DNA of 64,000 nt from Octopus sinensis (taxonomy: Eukaryota), in NCBI RefSeq assembly GCF_006345805.1, contig NC_043001.1, positions 23,126,001 through 23,190,000 on the forward strand. Reading direction: 5' to 3'. The first letter of the stretch is position 1; each line of letters opens with the position of its first letter. Positions 12,141 through 26,320 of this stretch are shown here, in pieces. The notes under the pieces were generated by a model. It was given only the letters and a program-made list of their open reading frames with translations, did not search any database and was not told the origin of the DNA. The position numbers and the translations under genes are program-made.

Positions 12141-14897
12141 ACACACTTTCCTCTACTTTCATGGGTTCCAGTTCAAAGGCTTTGGCCATGCTGGAGCACC
12201 CAGAAATGTCCAAATAAATGTTCTTGTATATAAATATCTCATATCAATTATTCAAATAAAAGAAAAATCATAATGAAACTAATACAATACAAATTATAAT
12301 ATTAAAAAAAAACTATAATACAATAAAAGTACTATTTACTCAACGACTGAATAATCTTTGATAAAACAGGCCAGATTAAAGGCCAGTGATAAAGAAAAAG
12401 GTTACCTGGTTTAGACTTACAGTTTTATAGACCAGTACAATATGCCATGCAGTAAAAACTGAGTCACTAACATTGTTTAATTACTAGCTATGAATTAACA
12501 ACTTTATTATTTAGTGAGGTTATTCACTTATTCAAATATATCAGTGATTCTTTTGTTTTTTGTTCTTTGTTTTTTTTTTTTGCTTCTTACAAGCAAGTTA
12601 TTCAACTGTGAGTAATGTTTTGTCACAACAAAATGAATTGCTCAAACAATACAGATAGTAAAGATATATTAATAAACATTGTTTTCACAATAGGCTTTGG
12701 GACTTTGAAAAAAGTTTTCAAATAATTCTTGCAGCAGGAAACAATATTATAATTGTTTTTCTAATATCAAAAAAAAAAAAAAGAAAGAAAACAGGTTACT
12801 AAAATACTGATAAAAGATATATGTGATAAAGACGTTAGATCAATATAACTAAACAAATGGCTAAATGAATCATTTGAATTCATTCTATTTTTTATGAAAA
12901 AAACAAAAGACCACCAGCCAAAGGTACTGCTATCAATATCAAGTAACAGCATTGTTTATACCTGAGGAATTGGTAGTTTATAACACATTGCCTTCAATGA
13001 ACTAAGTATTCACCAGGAACTTCACATTCAGTGTTTTATTCACAAAGAGATATCATGAAGAGGTACCAAAGGGAACTTTTTTTCCTTAGACAATAGGAAC
13101 ACTATATAATTGATAAGTTATTTTGTTGATTTCTTGCAATGACAATTTAACTTTTTACAAGGATATGTTTAGTTAAGTCAATAGCTTGTTTCACATCCAA
13201 AAAAAGAAGATGTTCCTTACCATGTTGTATAAGCTGGAATAAACTCCATTGTTCATTATCTCTAACACAGGTTGTTTCTCAATGCTGTGTACACAGTGCA
13301 TACAAACATGTGCAGTGAAGGAGCCTTTTCTGTTTGATCTACTCAATTACACTCTCAATCTAGGCTTACTTCATGGGACCTTAGATTCTCCTCCTAAATT
13401 GTGTAATAATTTAACCCCAAGAGTTTATCAACCCTTTTAATACACACATATCTGAGAGTGCCTCATGTTCATGTTTAAATTAAAACTTTGTGTCATAATT
13501 TTACATAAAACACTTTCATTAGATTTTATTCTAAACACCAGCTTAATAATAAAATATAAAGTTAGTTATTTTACTAAGTCCTTCCAGATTTTTGGATATT
13601 CTCAAACCAGAGTGAAATATAAGAAGTATGAACTTAAATTTGAATGTTAGATTTTATGAGACATTTATTCAAAATACCCAGTATGTACTCAGAACAAATA
13701 CTTTTAGTAAAGGAACTGTTTATATCTTTTAAATAATTAAACAGGAAAAAGTGAAGATTTCATTTTATTTCCTCTCAAAGAAACAAAACAAGTTTTATAT
13801 GATATTCTTGAGCAGCTGAAACAAATGTAAGATAACACTATGTAAGTATTACTGAAAATAACACAGATTAACTAAAGCAGAATTTCCCTATTTCATACTT
13901 TCAATATTCCATTTTATAGAAACTTCTAGTAAGTATGACAATATCATCATCATCATCGTTAAATGTTTGTTTTCCATACAGGCATGGGTTGGATAGTTTG
14001 AAAGGAATTGTCAAACCAGAGGACTGTGCCAAACTCTAATGTCTGCTTTAGCATGGTTTCTATGGCTGGATACTCTTACTAATGCCAACAGCTTTACAAA
14101 ATATTCTGAAAGATTTTTCATGGCACCAGCACTAGTGAGGTCACCAAGTAACTTCACAAGGCAAGACCTCTCAACTCAGTACTGGTGAAGTATAGTACTG
14201 AGGATGGTGGCTTTATGCTTGGTTATGAGAGATTAAAATATGAGAAAGAGACAGGAACAGGTGTCTTACTGTTGAGGAGGTACATGGTTATCTCAGATGG
14301 AAAAAGAAAGATGGTAGCTATGTATTTAACGAAATAAAAGAACTAATCACAAAGACTTAGTGGCAAAATTATATTTTTTTGAATTAATAAATATTGCTCA
14401 TGTAAGTACTTTATATACATGTTTAAGCTTCTCCTTTCCAAGAGAAAGAGAAGGTAAAGGAAATATAAAAAAATCAAACCATCTAAAAGTGTTGCTTTAT
14501 TAATCATTTAAGTATCAACCTGTTTAAGATTGCTCCTGGTTCTACAATATAAACATCCTGTTTTAAATTGAACTAAATTAAAACTTCCTTGTAAAATTTC
14601 ATGTCTATTCATGTTTCAAACACCAGCTGAACAATGATAAAGTCATTTTAGTAATTTCTGCATTATTTTCAAAATTAATTGAAAAGGCCATGTATTTCAA
14701 TAAAAATCTAGCAACAAAGAGGGTTAAATTACATTCCTAAATCTTTACTTCATGTCATCTTACTACCTTGAAAACTTGGTTATTTTATAATTCAAAATCA
14801 ATAGCCAATATCTACTGTAGCGTTATAGTCATATCTTCATATTATTTGCTTTATTTTTTACATTAAAAAAATGAGTTTTCATCAACCTAACCACTAA

Positions 14898-15128
14898 CTA
14901 AAGAAAGAAATATGACTGGAACATTAAAATAGTGAAGGTAATTACAGCAGCAACAGCATCTGTAAAACTAATAGATGAAAAGAAATGGTCTAGCTGAGAA
15001 TATTCTATTCGTAGATGATCACCTGAAGGAGAAAATGTCACACCCACTGTAGATTTCTCAGTGTCTCTAAACAGGACATTTAATTCTATTCGTTTGTATT
15101 CAACAAGCTGATAGCCTGAGAATGTTAC
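14898..15128 (-). CDS. Possible coding exon of unknown identity (VTFSGYQLVEYKRIELNVLFRDTEKSTVGVTFSPSG...)
   Basis: Non-repetitive open frame; upstream tcttgtctaatctcctcgttagtgcag has a CTAAT branch-like motif and an AG; no family recognised. Confidence 0.25.
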   Translation of the reverse strand, partial: VTFSGYQLVEYKRIELNVLFRDTEKSTVGVTFSPSGDHLRIEYSQLDHFFSSISFTDAVAAVITFTILMFQSYFFL

Positions 15129-18066
15129 CTGCACTAACGAGGAGATTAGACAAGACATGGAGCCATTTTAAAAGTATTTTATCAGATTACTTTGCAACAA
15201 CAATAATGTGATTGTATTTTCCTATGTTTCTGCTGTCTTATCTTTTATTTTTTACTTGTTTCAGTTATTGGACTGTGACCATGTTGTGGCACTGCCATTA
15301 AGAGTTCAGTTGAACAAATTAACTCCAGAACTTATTCTAAGTCTGGCAATTATTTTATCATTCTCTTTTGCCAAACTACTAAATGAAAGAGACATAAACA
15401 TACCAACATTGGTTATGAAGCAGTGGCAGATAAATACAAAACACGTATACACAATAGGCTTCCACACAGTTTCCATTCACCAAATTCACTCACAAGGCAT
15501 TGGTCAATCCAGGGCTATAGCAAAAGACACTTGCCCAAGATGTCACACAGTGGGGCTGAACTCAAAACCATGTGATTACAAAACAAGCTTCTTAACCACA
15601 CTTCCATGTCTTTATATTAAAAAAAAATCCCAGCAAAGTGGTTTGCACATTAGCAATGATTCATTTCCTAACAAGATTACTTAAAATGATACAACTGGAG
15701 GTATAAAACAAACAATAAAACCCTTGGAGCTTCCATCATTGCAAACAAGAAATATATTAGGTCAAGTTCAATATCTTCAAAATAACTGAATATCGGCTGT
15801 ATGGGAAACAGACCAATGCTCATCCTCCATTTGTAAACTACTATGACTCGTTGCTAAAGACAGCAAGAACAATATGTGATGAGAAATGTTTCAATAAATT
15901 CCAGTGCAGGAATTAATTAGCAACAAAAAAGGCATGAACATTTTGTAAAGAGTTGATTTAATGAGGCAATATGAGAACTAATTTAGAAATAGTGAAACAA
16001 AAGTCAGTAATAGCAAAAAGAACAGCACTAACAATGCAGCACTAGAAACTCACTTTGTAACCATGTCATTTCAGATTTAGTTCTACTACATAGCACCTTA
16101 GGCAAGTGTCTTCTCTTACAACCCTAGGTTGGTTAATGCATTGTTAATGAATTTGGTACACAAAATCTGAGTCGAAGCCCATCATGCATGCATATGTATT
16201 TGTTCCCCCCACCACCACCACCACTTGACAACCAATGTTAATTTGTTTATGTTCCTGTAACTTTGCAGCTCAGCAAAAATAAATACTGGGGTGATTTGTG
16301 TGACTACACCCTTCAAGGTGGCACTGTAGCATGGCTGCAGTCCAATGACTAAAACAAGTAAAAGATAAAAGATATACCAGCACAATTTCTTCAATTATTT
16401 CTTCAATTTCTCTTTTCAAAACTAATTCTACTTGTAGAAGGGACTACTGACTGCAAGTTAAATTACTACACAATTATCTATAATCTTCATGATGTCCATT
16501 GATCAAACACCACTCATAAGGTATTGGTCACCATGAGGCTATTGTAAAAGGCACTTGCTAAAGAAAAGGACTTCTCAAACATAGAGTCATGCTTGTAGAG
16601 GAAGTATGGTGGAATAGAGAAGAATGAACTACAAATAAAGTGGCAAGAGGTCTGTAATTCCAACACAAGGTCCAGTCCTTCTTGTAGTGTAGTGACTTAT
16701 AAGCTTCAATAACCATAAGAGCTATTCCAGCAGTGTGCAGGCTCCTAGCAGGACCTTCCATGTTGGATAGGTCAGAGGACATAGGCCAGACTAATGGGCC
16801 TCCCAGGAGTAAAAATGAGTTTGCATAAGGCCATAACCCTGATCTAGAAAAAAATAAAATTATAGAAGCATGATGGCAATTCAAAATCAACAGAATCTGG
16901 GAGAGGAATTCCACTTCTACTCAGGGAGATATATGAGGCAGAGCTAAAAAAAAAGCAGTGATCCAACTGGAGAGAAGCAGAAAAACCACCCACAGTTGAG
17001 AAAAGTCACAAATGGCCTATGTTTCATAGGGAGTGAAGGGCTTATGTAGCCATTAAGTCTGCCATTAAGTACAAATGGAAAAAAAGAATTTAGTTAAATA
17101 GAGAACTATACATAAAAGAATAAGAAAGGAATGAAAGAATAGCAAGAGGGGAATATGTAGTAACTTGTGTCTCTGTAAAAATGTGAAGCAACACAAGAAT
17201 AAATTTTATTTGTGAGGAATGTGGAAAGAAAAAATGTGTAGAATTTCAAAAATGAAGTAAATGTCATCAAGTAACAAGAAGCTATAATACAAGTTTCATA
17301 TATCAGATGAGTAAGGGAATTAACCACACACCCTGTGTGTGTGTGTGTGAGTGAGAGAGAAAGAGAGAGAGAGAAATAGGGAACAGGTAGAGAGTAAAAA
17401 AAAACTGCTACTGTTGAAGGAGAGTCAGCAATGACTACCTTTACACACACAGAATATTTAGGTAAAGGAAACAGCTAGGTAAGGCTATAATAGTGGAATG
17501 GGGAGGTAGTTGGTGTAAATTAACATCAAAATAATAAGGTAAGTTAGGCCTCTGAAAGAAAATAAAATTGATGCAGTAAAAATAATTAAACTAAAGGAAT
17601 TAAGGTCCTACAAATGATTAAGTGATGATGGTTAAAAATTAAAATTAAATAAAAGCTGCAATAAACTACTTGTGGATTTCTGAATATTTTTGTCATTTCT
17701 TGAACCCTTGGACTCATAAGGCTGGTTGCTGAATTTCTATGGTGAATAAATGACCGAGATTTCAAGACAACAACAAAACAGGATGTCAATCTGATGTAGT
17801 GTTTTGAAGGGAGAGGACAAGTTGATTACATCAAACCCCAGTACTTGACTGGTGCTTTATTTCATAAACCCAAAAGAGATGAAAATCAAAGTTGACCTTG
17901 ATGGGATTTGAACTCAGAACATGAAATGTTAAAAGAAATGCTGCTAAGTATTTTATCTGATGTGCTAACAATTCTGCCAGCTCACTACTTTGAAATGAAT
18001 ATAGACTTAAAATATAGAAAACTTGTATAAAAATAAATAAAGAGTGAATAAAAAATTTGATTAAAG

Positions 18067-18308
18067 CAGTGGTTCTCAACCATTTTTGGCCTATCATTTT
18101 AGTAGGTGGATGTGGAGGGAGACACTCATAGCCAATCAATATCTTAGAATTCCTATTATATTTTTATGATTAAATATTAGGAATTGTATTTAAAAAATGC
18201 TTCAATATGTTGTGTGTTATAGAAATATAATCACTTTATTGTATATAAATTTTAACAAAATCTTATATGGACCTCCGATGGTTGTATGGACCCTGGTTGG
18301 GAAAACTG
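18067..18308. mobile_element. hAT (Charlie-like) MITE with 8-bp TSD
   Basis: Begins CAGTGGTTCTCAAC; GATTAAAG duplicated at 18059-18066 and 18309-18316. Confidence 0.85.
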
Positions 18309-18445
18309 GATTAAAGACTTAAGTGTTAAAAGAATTGAGGTATAAAGAAAGAACATCAAGATATAAAGATATGCAAGCAATAAAGGATAAAAAATTAAGT
18401 CATAAAAATCCTGTGGAAGTGGTGAAGTAGGTAAGTAAAAGCTTC

Positions 18446-18700
18446 TCATGAAATTTGCTTTTGCTTTTTATTGGGGCAGGTGGTAAGAGCTGGATAGTTA
18501 AAACTTTTGGTTTTACAACCAGTTTTGGCTGAGGCTTCACAGTAGCATTTGGATGCATTATGGAAAATCTGCTCATTAGCTGAAAGTTGGGAAAATCTGA
18601 GATGTTTAGAAACAGATTGTGAATTATCTCTAGAGAGGTTTGAGAGTCTATAGACAGTAACTTTCATTAGACTGCTGAAGTCTGAAATGAAGGGGATCAA
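18446..18700 (-). mobile_element. Penelope-like element RT thumb remnant
   Basis: SVSKHLRFSQLSANEQIFHNASKCYCEASAKTG resembles the PLE motif SISRRISxLSSNExIFNxAxxxYxxALxxSG. Confidence 0.55.
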
Positions 18701-20554
18701 GATAGTATCAAGATAGTATACTTTTGTGAGATGAGCTTCAACAGCTATTTGAAAACAGAAATTCTTGAAGAAATCATGAAGGGTTTACAATCCAGATTCT
18801 ACTTCTCATTCCAGTAGCAAAAAAAAATAAATAAAAAGATACAAAAAGAAACATTATCTGGTACTCATTTCTACTCCATATCACAGTCACTACATCATTC
18901 GCACAAAACTTCTTAGAAATCATCTCTACTTAAGTAGAAAAATTAATGAAATGAGAAAAGGAACTACAACACTCTTTCACTTCTACTTAATTCATGCATA
19001 TCAACAGACCTTTAACAAAAATTCCAGACTTTTATATTCTACTATCTCAAATTTCAAAAGTGATTTTGCATATTCTAACACCTCTAAACTTAACAAATAC
19101 AACACAATCATTTTCTGAAAGCATACAAATTCCTGTAACACCACTAATATCAAAACTGCCTTCAAGAATCTGACCTTTTGGCAAATGTAGTGTATTTCTG
19201 AATAGTTACAATTAAAAACTCTGAGGTTTACATTAGTTTGACATCAAGCCTCTTTAAATCCAGATATATGTTCATATGCATTCTTTTAGGAATCCAGATT
19301 TACACAAACAAACCTCTTAATTGGAATATGGTTTTTAGAGTTAAAGAATACAGAGAGAACAATAATATTTGTGATCTTTGTAACATGAAAAGCTACTATA
19401 TCCATTTCTTTTCTTTTTGTTTTTCTTTAAAACAAAAAGCCTATATCTCAACTAGTTTCCAGATAAAAAATTTTCTCAAGATAAGAATATTAAATAACAT
19501 GGATGAGATTGAAGATAATCTATGGGCTGATGACCAAGAGGCTGAAAAACAGGAAGATAAAACAGAAAAAAATACCAGCATTTATAAGATGAATATAAAA
19601 AGGTGGACCCTGCATATTACCTCTTCCCAAGATATTGTCAACCCAACAAGTTAAACTATTTTTGCTTGGGAACATAAGCACTTCTTTAAATTCACTACCT
19701 TCCATTCATTAGTACCATGCAGTAATATGGGTATCAGCTTTCATTAGTTTAGATTCCTACAAAATCATAAGTTACTCTCCAAGTTGAAAACGATAGAATG
19801 TGCAACTTGCTATTGATTCTCATTGCATTGATACTATAACACTGTTCTTTTAGTGCATCAACAAGGATACAAAACTTATGTAACTAGGCAATGCGGCACT
19901 GTGAATAAGTGACTTGAACTGTAGCCTCAAAGTGACTAATACTTTGTGAGTTAAACTGGTAGATAGAAACTATATGGAAATACATAATTACTGTGTGTTT
20001 GTGATCCCACCTCTGTCTTGACATTGTTTACATTGTTAAAGCATAAAACACTGTTACTGTTTCGGGAGGGTCAGCTTTTATCCCTGCTGTAAAAACACAT
20101 CCAGCTATTGAGCTGGAAAGACCAAGGGATTAAGTATTATGTGAAAGACCAAGGGATTAAGTACTTTCCTTGGTGACAAGCGAAGGTTGGCAACAGGAAC
20201 AGCTTCTGGTTGAAGAATACACTTCAACAGATTCTGATACAAGTCATACCTGCTTGGTAAAATAAAAAAAAAGGACATAAAAATGATGACGAACTTGTAA
20301 ATAATAAACAACCAAACATATAATTCTACTGTCCTGGCATATATCCATTGTTTAGTGCAAGGCCTGTGTTTTTGTATCCATGAATATTAATGAAACTAAG
20401 ATTTTGTTTTCATCAAAGTGTCGCTGTGTCTGACACTGGCAGCCTATCACTGTTAACTGGGCAATTATGGAGAGATAAAAAAAAAACATAAAAAGAGGGT
20501 AATAGTGCAAATATAAAGCCACAAAGGTACAAAAAATCCAAATAATTATAATAA

Positions 20555-21829
20555 TGACTGTTTCAGATTTTGGCATAAGGCCAGCAATTTTGGTAGGAGA
20601 GTGGAGGTTAGTCAATTACATTTGGGCCAGTACTCAACTGGTACTTAATTGATGGACCCCGAAAGGATGAAAGGCAAAGTCAGCTATGGTGGAATTTGAA
20701 CAAAGAACATGGTATTTTGCCTGGTGTACTAACAATTCTGCCAGCTCTCCACCTTAATAACAACAACAACTACAATAATAATAAAGCACTTTCAATACAG
20801 TGAAAATAAGAGCACTGTAACAAACCACAGTGCATACCCAAAGCACACAGTTGTGCTTGGTAGTGTAGTGAAAGCACATGAAAAAAAATAAGACTACTGA
20901 ATAATAATAATGATAATAATAATAATAATAATGGTTAAAATTTGGCACAAGGTCAGCAAATTTAGGGATAGAGTATAGTTGATTACATCAACCACAGTAC
21001 TTGACTGGTACTTAATTTTATTAACCCCAGAGGGATAAAAGTTAACCTCAGCTGGATTTGAACACAGAATATAATGAGTCAGAAGAAATACCACTAGGCA
21101 TTTTGTCCAACGGACTAATGATTCTGCCAGTTATTAGGGAGGGGGCAAGTCAATTATATAATTACATCAATTCCAGTGCTCATCTGGTACTTTGTCCAAA
21201 AAGGACAAAAGGCAAAGTTGGCCTTGGCAGAATTTGAACTCAAAAGATAAAGCCAGAAAAAATGCTTCTACACACTTTGTCTGCCATGCTAACAATTCTG
21301 CTAGCTTGCCACCTTCCAGTTATTAATAATGGTTTCAAATTTTGGCATTAAGCCAGCAATTTCGGGAGAGGGGATAAGTCAATTACATTGACGTCAGGGT
21401 TCAACTGTTACTTATTTTATGGACCCCGAAAAGTCGACCTTGGCAGAATTTGAACTCAGAATGTAAAGATGGATGAAATGTCACTATGCACTTTGCCTGG
21501 CGTGCCAATGATTCTGCCAGTTCACTGCCTTCAAAACGTTGAAGGGTGACCATGGAATTCAAATGCACATCTTCAGTACACATGACAGGAGTACTGCAAT
21601 TGGACCAAACCTGTTATTAATAATAATAATGATAATAATAATAATTCTTTCTACTATACGCACAAGGCCGGAAATTTTGTGGAAGCACAAGGCCTCAAAT
21701 TTGTGGGGAGGGGACTAGTTGATTATATTGACACCAATGTTTCACCAGCACTTAATTTATTGACCCCGAAAGTCAACCTTGGCAGAATTTGAACTCGGCA
21801 TACGAATGATTCTGCCAGCTCACCGCCTT
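20555..21829 (-). mobile_element. Cluster of five co-oriented copies of a second tRNA-derived SINE family, mostly separated by (TAA)n/(CAA)n or short AT-rich linkers
   Basis: Copies at about 20555-20755, 20932-21131, 21135-21317, 21329-21531 and 21643-21829 share gaatttgaac and attctgc(c/t)ag blocks. Confidence 0.8.
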
Positions 21830-21853
21830 ACTACTATTACTACTACTACTACT

Positions 21854-21890
<37 letters not shown>

Positions 21891-22381
21891 GCTAAAAAGT
21901 GAATGTAAATTACATATTTAAAATGAATATAGCTACATAATTAATGGGACAGTTAGAACTATCTCAACAAGTAATTTTTTTGTCAGTTGAGACCTGTTTG
22001 ATTTATTGTAATTCAAGTGAGTTTGCTGGGGCAGAATTTCTGAGGCAGGATGCCCTTCCTGTTGCCAATCTCCTCTTGTTTCCAAGTGGAATAATAATCT
22101 CCTAATCTATTAAGCAACAAATAGTCAGGACATGTTTTATATGGAAAACTCGAAACAAAGGACACCACCAGGAAATCGTTGTTTATAAACTAGCAAAAAG
22201 AAGGAAACACAATCTCATGCAAAAACAAATATTCACACAGACATGGATATATATCCACGTTCAAGAAGTTGATTAAAAATAAATTTCCTACATAGAACCC
22301 ATCCCTAGACAATATAGAAATAGAAACAGAAATGTAACATGGTTTATACATCCATGAAAAATTGATGTTGCTTTCTCTGTT

Positions 22382-22413
<32 letters not shown>

Positions 22414-24477
22414 CTGCAGCAAACATGTAACATAAAAATTTAACATATTTTCAGTTTTCCCAGTTGTATCTAATGAATGCCTTTGTATATGCCAGCCTGT
22501 CTGTTTGTTTGTTTCTCTCTCTCTCTTCTTTAATGTGTAAAGTAAGTGATTGCTAAAAATAGCAGCCAAATCTCACTCAAGTCACATGCACTACAGTCTA
22601 TAAAAAAAAACCCATATTGTATAATATAGTCCTGATATGCACAAAGACAAGATAGTCACAGCTGTACTTGTAATGATCAAACCTAACTTGGGGTTTGACA
22701 ACAACAGAGCCTGTGAACAATTGTTTGAGCTACTAGACATAGCAATCAAATCTCCCTCAAATCACAAACTTTTTGGTCTTAAAAAAAGAAAGGGACATAC
22801 TGAACAAATAGACCAAAAGACAGGATGGTCATGGCAGAAACACCATTTTATCATAAATCTGCTCAATCAGAACTAACTTAGCTTTAAATATAAACAACTA
22901 AGTGAACCTCTCTGTAGTAACTGATCGCAGAGCCACAGAGTAGTCATTTAAACTGCTAGAAATAGCAACCAAACCTCCTTCAAGTTACAAACCCTACTAA
23001 ATGTAAAGATTACATAGGACTAACAAAACTAATTCTAGAAAGTGTATACTGTTTATATTAGTTAGACTGGTGTCATCTTGACTGTTGCATAGCATAGTAG
23101 ATAAAGACCTTGGTTAATGCAGTGCAGTCACCTTGAGGTTCTGAGTTCAATCCCAGGCAAGGTACTAAAGTAATTCACAAAAAAAAATGTCACAAAACAC
23201 AGAGAGCAAAATGAGAACAGTGTACTCCCATAGATTAAATAAAGAGTTAGGTTCGAAATTCTAATAAAACAACCAAGTTCAACACGAGACACCTGAAGAA
23301 GACAGGAACATACAAAAGCCAAAGTGTAATGAAAGCAAGAACCAAGATGAGGACATTGGTCTAATATAAATAGTATGTCACACAACTGGCACCCATGCCG
23401 GTGGCATGTAAAAGCACCCATTACACTCTGGTATTAGGAAAAGCAGAGCCATAGAAACCATGCCAAATCAGACTGGAGTCTGGTGCAGCCCCTTGGCTTA
23501 CCAGCCATGATCAAATCATCTAACCCATGTCAGTATGGACAACAGATGTTAAATGATGATGATGATGATGTAATATACATGTCTCAGAAATATAGAATTG
23601 TAATGCCCGAGAGATTTCACTAAGTGAACATTTAGCCATATATGTATGAAACAAAACAACAAAATTCCATGTCTTCCTACTTCACCTTTTTTCTATCAAA
23701 ACCAAAAGTCAAATAATAAAAGAAAATATGTTTATAAAAAATATATGCCCATAAGTAATATCAATTTACATTCACAAAGAACTAAAACTCTGAGACAATG
23801 AACTGCTATTGTTCACACTCTCACATGGATACACATATATATGCAGATACATACTGTACTGTTACTCACATACAAGCAAGCAATCTATTTCTATATGTTC
23901 AGTTAATCTGACAACCAGTTGTTCATATTGTCGCATGATGTATGCACTGGACTAATGCCACATTAAATTCAGTTGCAATTATCAATTATGACCATAATAT
24001 GCAGACATCACAGAAAACTAACCTGACTGAATTAACTATATTATATAAACAAACATCTGCACACACACACATGCATACATACACACACATGCACTATCTT
24101 TCTCTCCATATTCCTTTTACATACATTCTCATTCACATCCATACAACTGCATACATACAGAACCAAAAACTGAGTGACAGGCAAACCAACCTGTAACAGA
24201 TCTTGAGTAGAGTGGGCATTATACAGTTCTGTATTTAAGAGATGAAGAATTATGTACATTATTTACATTTGGAGGGTATATCAGCTGAAACATTGTGTTA
24301 ACAACAAACAAGATGAGGACAAATATCTGTCAAATGTAAACAATATATAATAATGTAGAGTGGGCATGTCATTCAAGAGATCACTGATAGCAATGGAAAG
24401 ATATTGACAAACATAACTGACTGATTGACTGACTGAATGATTAATCAAACAACTGATCAGTTAATTAGTTAAACAGT

Positions 24478-25430
24478 TAAGTGCCGAGAGCAAGGCAACC
24501 ACTCTATCATCTTCACCAACCTCACAAAAGCTTTTGACCTAGTCAGTAGAGACGGACTGTTCAAAATCCTTGTCAAGATTGGCTGTCCTCCAAGATTCCT
24601 CAGAATTGTCCAATCATTTCACGTGGACATGAAAGGCATCATTCAATTTGGTGGCTCTTCTTTGGAGGCATTCAACTTACGTAGCAGCATCTGTTTGGCA
24701 TCTTCTTTGCAGTCATGCTGAAACATGCATTTGGGATATCAACTGATGGTGTTTACCTTCACATCAGATCAGACGGTAAACTGTTTAGCCTGTCGAGGCT
24801 GAAAGCAAAATCAAGGGTGCACAAGGTACTCATCAGAGAAATGTTGCTTGCAAATGATGCAGCACTGACAGTGCACTCTGAAAAGCAAATGCAGCAACTT
24901 GTGGACAAACTTTCAAAGGCCTATCAAGAATTCAGCTTGACTATCAGTCTGAAGAAGTTCAAAGTAATGGGCCAAAGTGCCAAGCAGCCCCACACCATGA
25001 CCATCAACAACTACAAACTGGAGTTAGTCCATGAATTGACCTATCTTGGCTATTATCACTAATGACCTCTCCCTAGTCGCTGAGATCAACAGGCAAGTCG
25101 AACAAGCATTCCCCATATTTGCCAGGCTCACAAAGAGAGTCTGGGAAAACAAAAAACTGGTCACAAACACTAAGATTACCATCTATAAGGTGTGCATCCT
25201 TAGTATGTTACTTTACAGCAATAAGATATGGAGACTCTACTCTGGACAGAAGTGACGTCTTAACGTCTTCTACCTTCGTAATTTGAGACACATCTTGGAT
25301 ATCAAGTGGACCGACCAAATCACCAACACCAAAGTCTTCAACTGTCTGAAGATACCCAGCATACTCACCCTAGTCCAGCAGTGTCATTTGCCTTGGCTTA
25401 GTCATGTACATCACATGCAAGATGAAACTG
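24478..25430 (+). mobile_element. RTE-BovB-like LINE RT fragment, internally deleted
   Basis: CREQ..LTKAFDLVSRDGLFKILVKIGCPP, RSDGKLFSLSRLKAK, REMLLANDAAL, TNTKITIYKVCILSMLLY. Confidence 0.88.
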
Positions 25431-26262
25431 ATCTAGGGGTGATAACCCATCCTCACTGAGCCTGGATTATTTATTCTTTAATGACTAACTGACTAAATGG
25501 CAGTAACGGATTCCTGTCTCCCAGAGTTACATTAGTCTTCAGCATTGGATACATAACCATTGGTCATGCTATGACTGAACATAGACTTAACTACTCATAT
25601 ATATATATACATATATATATCATCATCATATATATATATATATCATCATTTAGTGCATGCTGGCATGGCTTGGATGGTTTGACCAGGGCTGGCAAACTGG
25701 AAGGCTGCACTAGACCCCAGTCTGATTTGGCATGGTTTCTACAGCTGGATGCACTTCCTAACGCCAACCACTCCAAGAGTGTAATGGGTGATTTTACATG
25801 CCACTAGCATGGGTGCCATTTGAGCGACACCAGCATCTGCCATGACTGCTTTCACTTGGCTTGATGAGTCTTCTTCTCAAGCATGACACAATGCTAAAGG
25901 TCTGTCATTGCCTCTGTGAGGCCCAACACTCAAAGGGAGCTTTTCACGTGTCACCAGCATCAGCCACTTTGCCTCCGTATATATATTATATGTGTGTGTG
26001 TGTGTTGTGTATATCATCATCATCATCATCATGATTAATGTCCGCTTTCCATGCTAGCATGGGTTGGACGGTTCAACTGGGGTCTGGGGAGCCGGAAGGC
26101 TGCACCAGGCCAGTCAGATCTGGCAGTGTTTCTACAGCTGGATGCCCTTCCTAACGCCAACCACTCCGAGAGTGTAGTGGGTGATTTTATGTGCCACCGA
26201 CACAGGTGCCAGACGAGGCTGGCGAACGGCCATGCTCGGATGGTGTTTTTTATGTGCCACCG

Positions 26263-26317
<55 letters not shown>

Positions 26318-26320
<3 letters not shown>

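Noticed and set aside
13221-13332. Candidate exon ending atg|gtaagg
   Set aside because: Poor acceptor and no recognisable product
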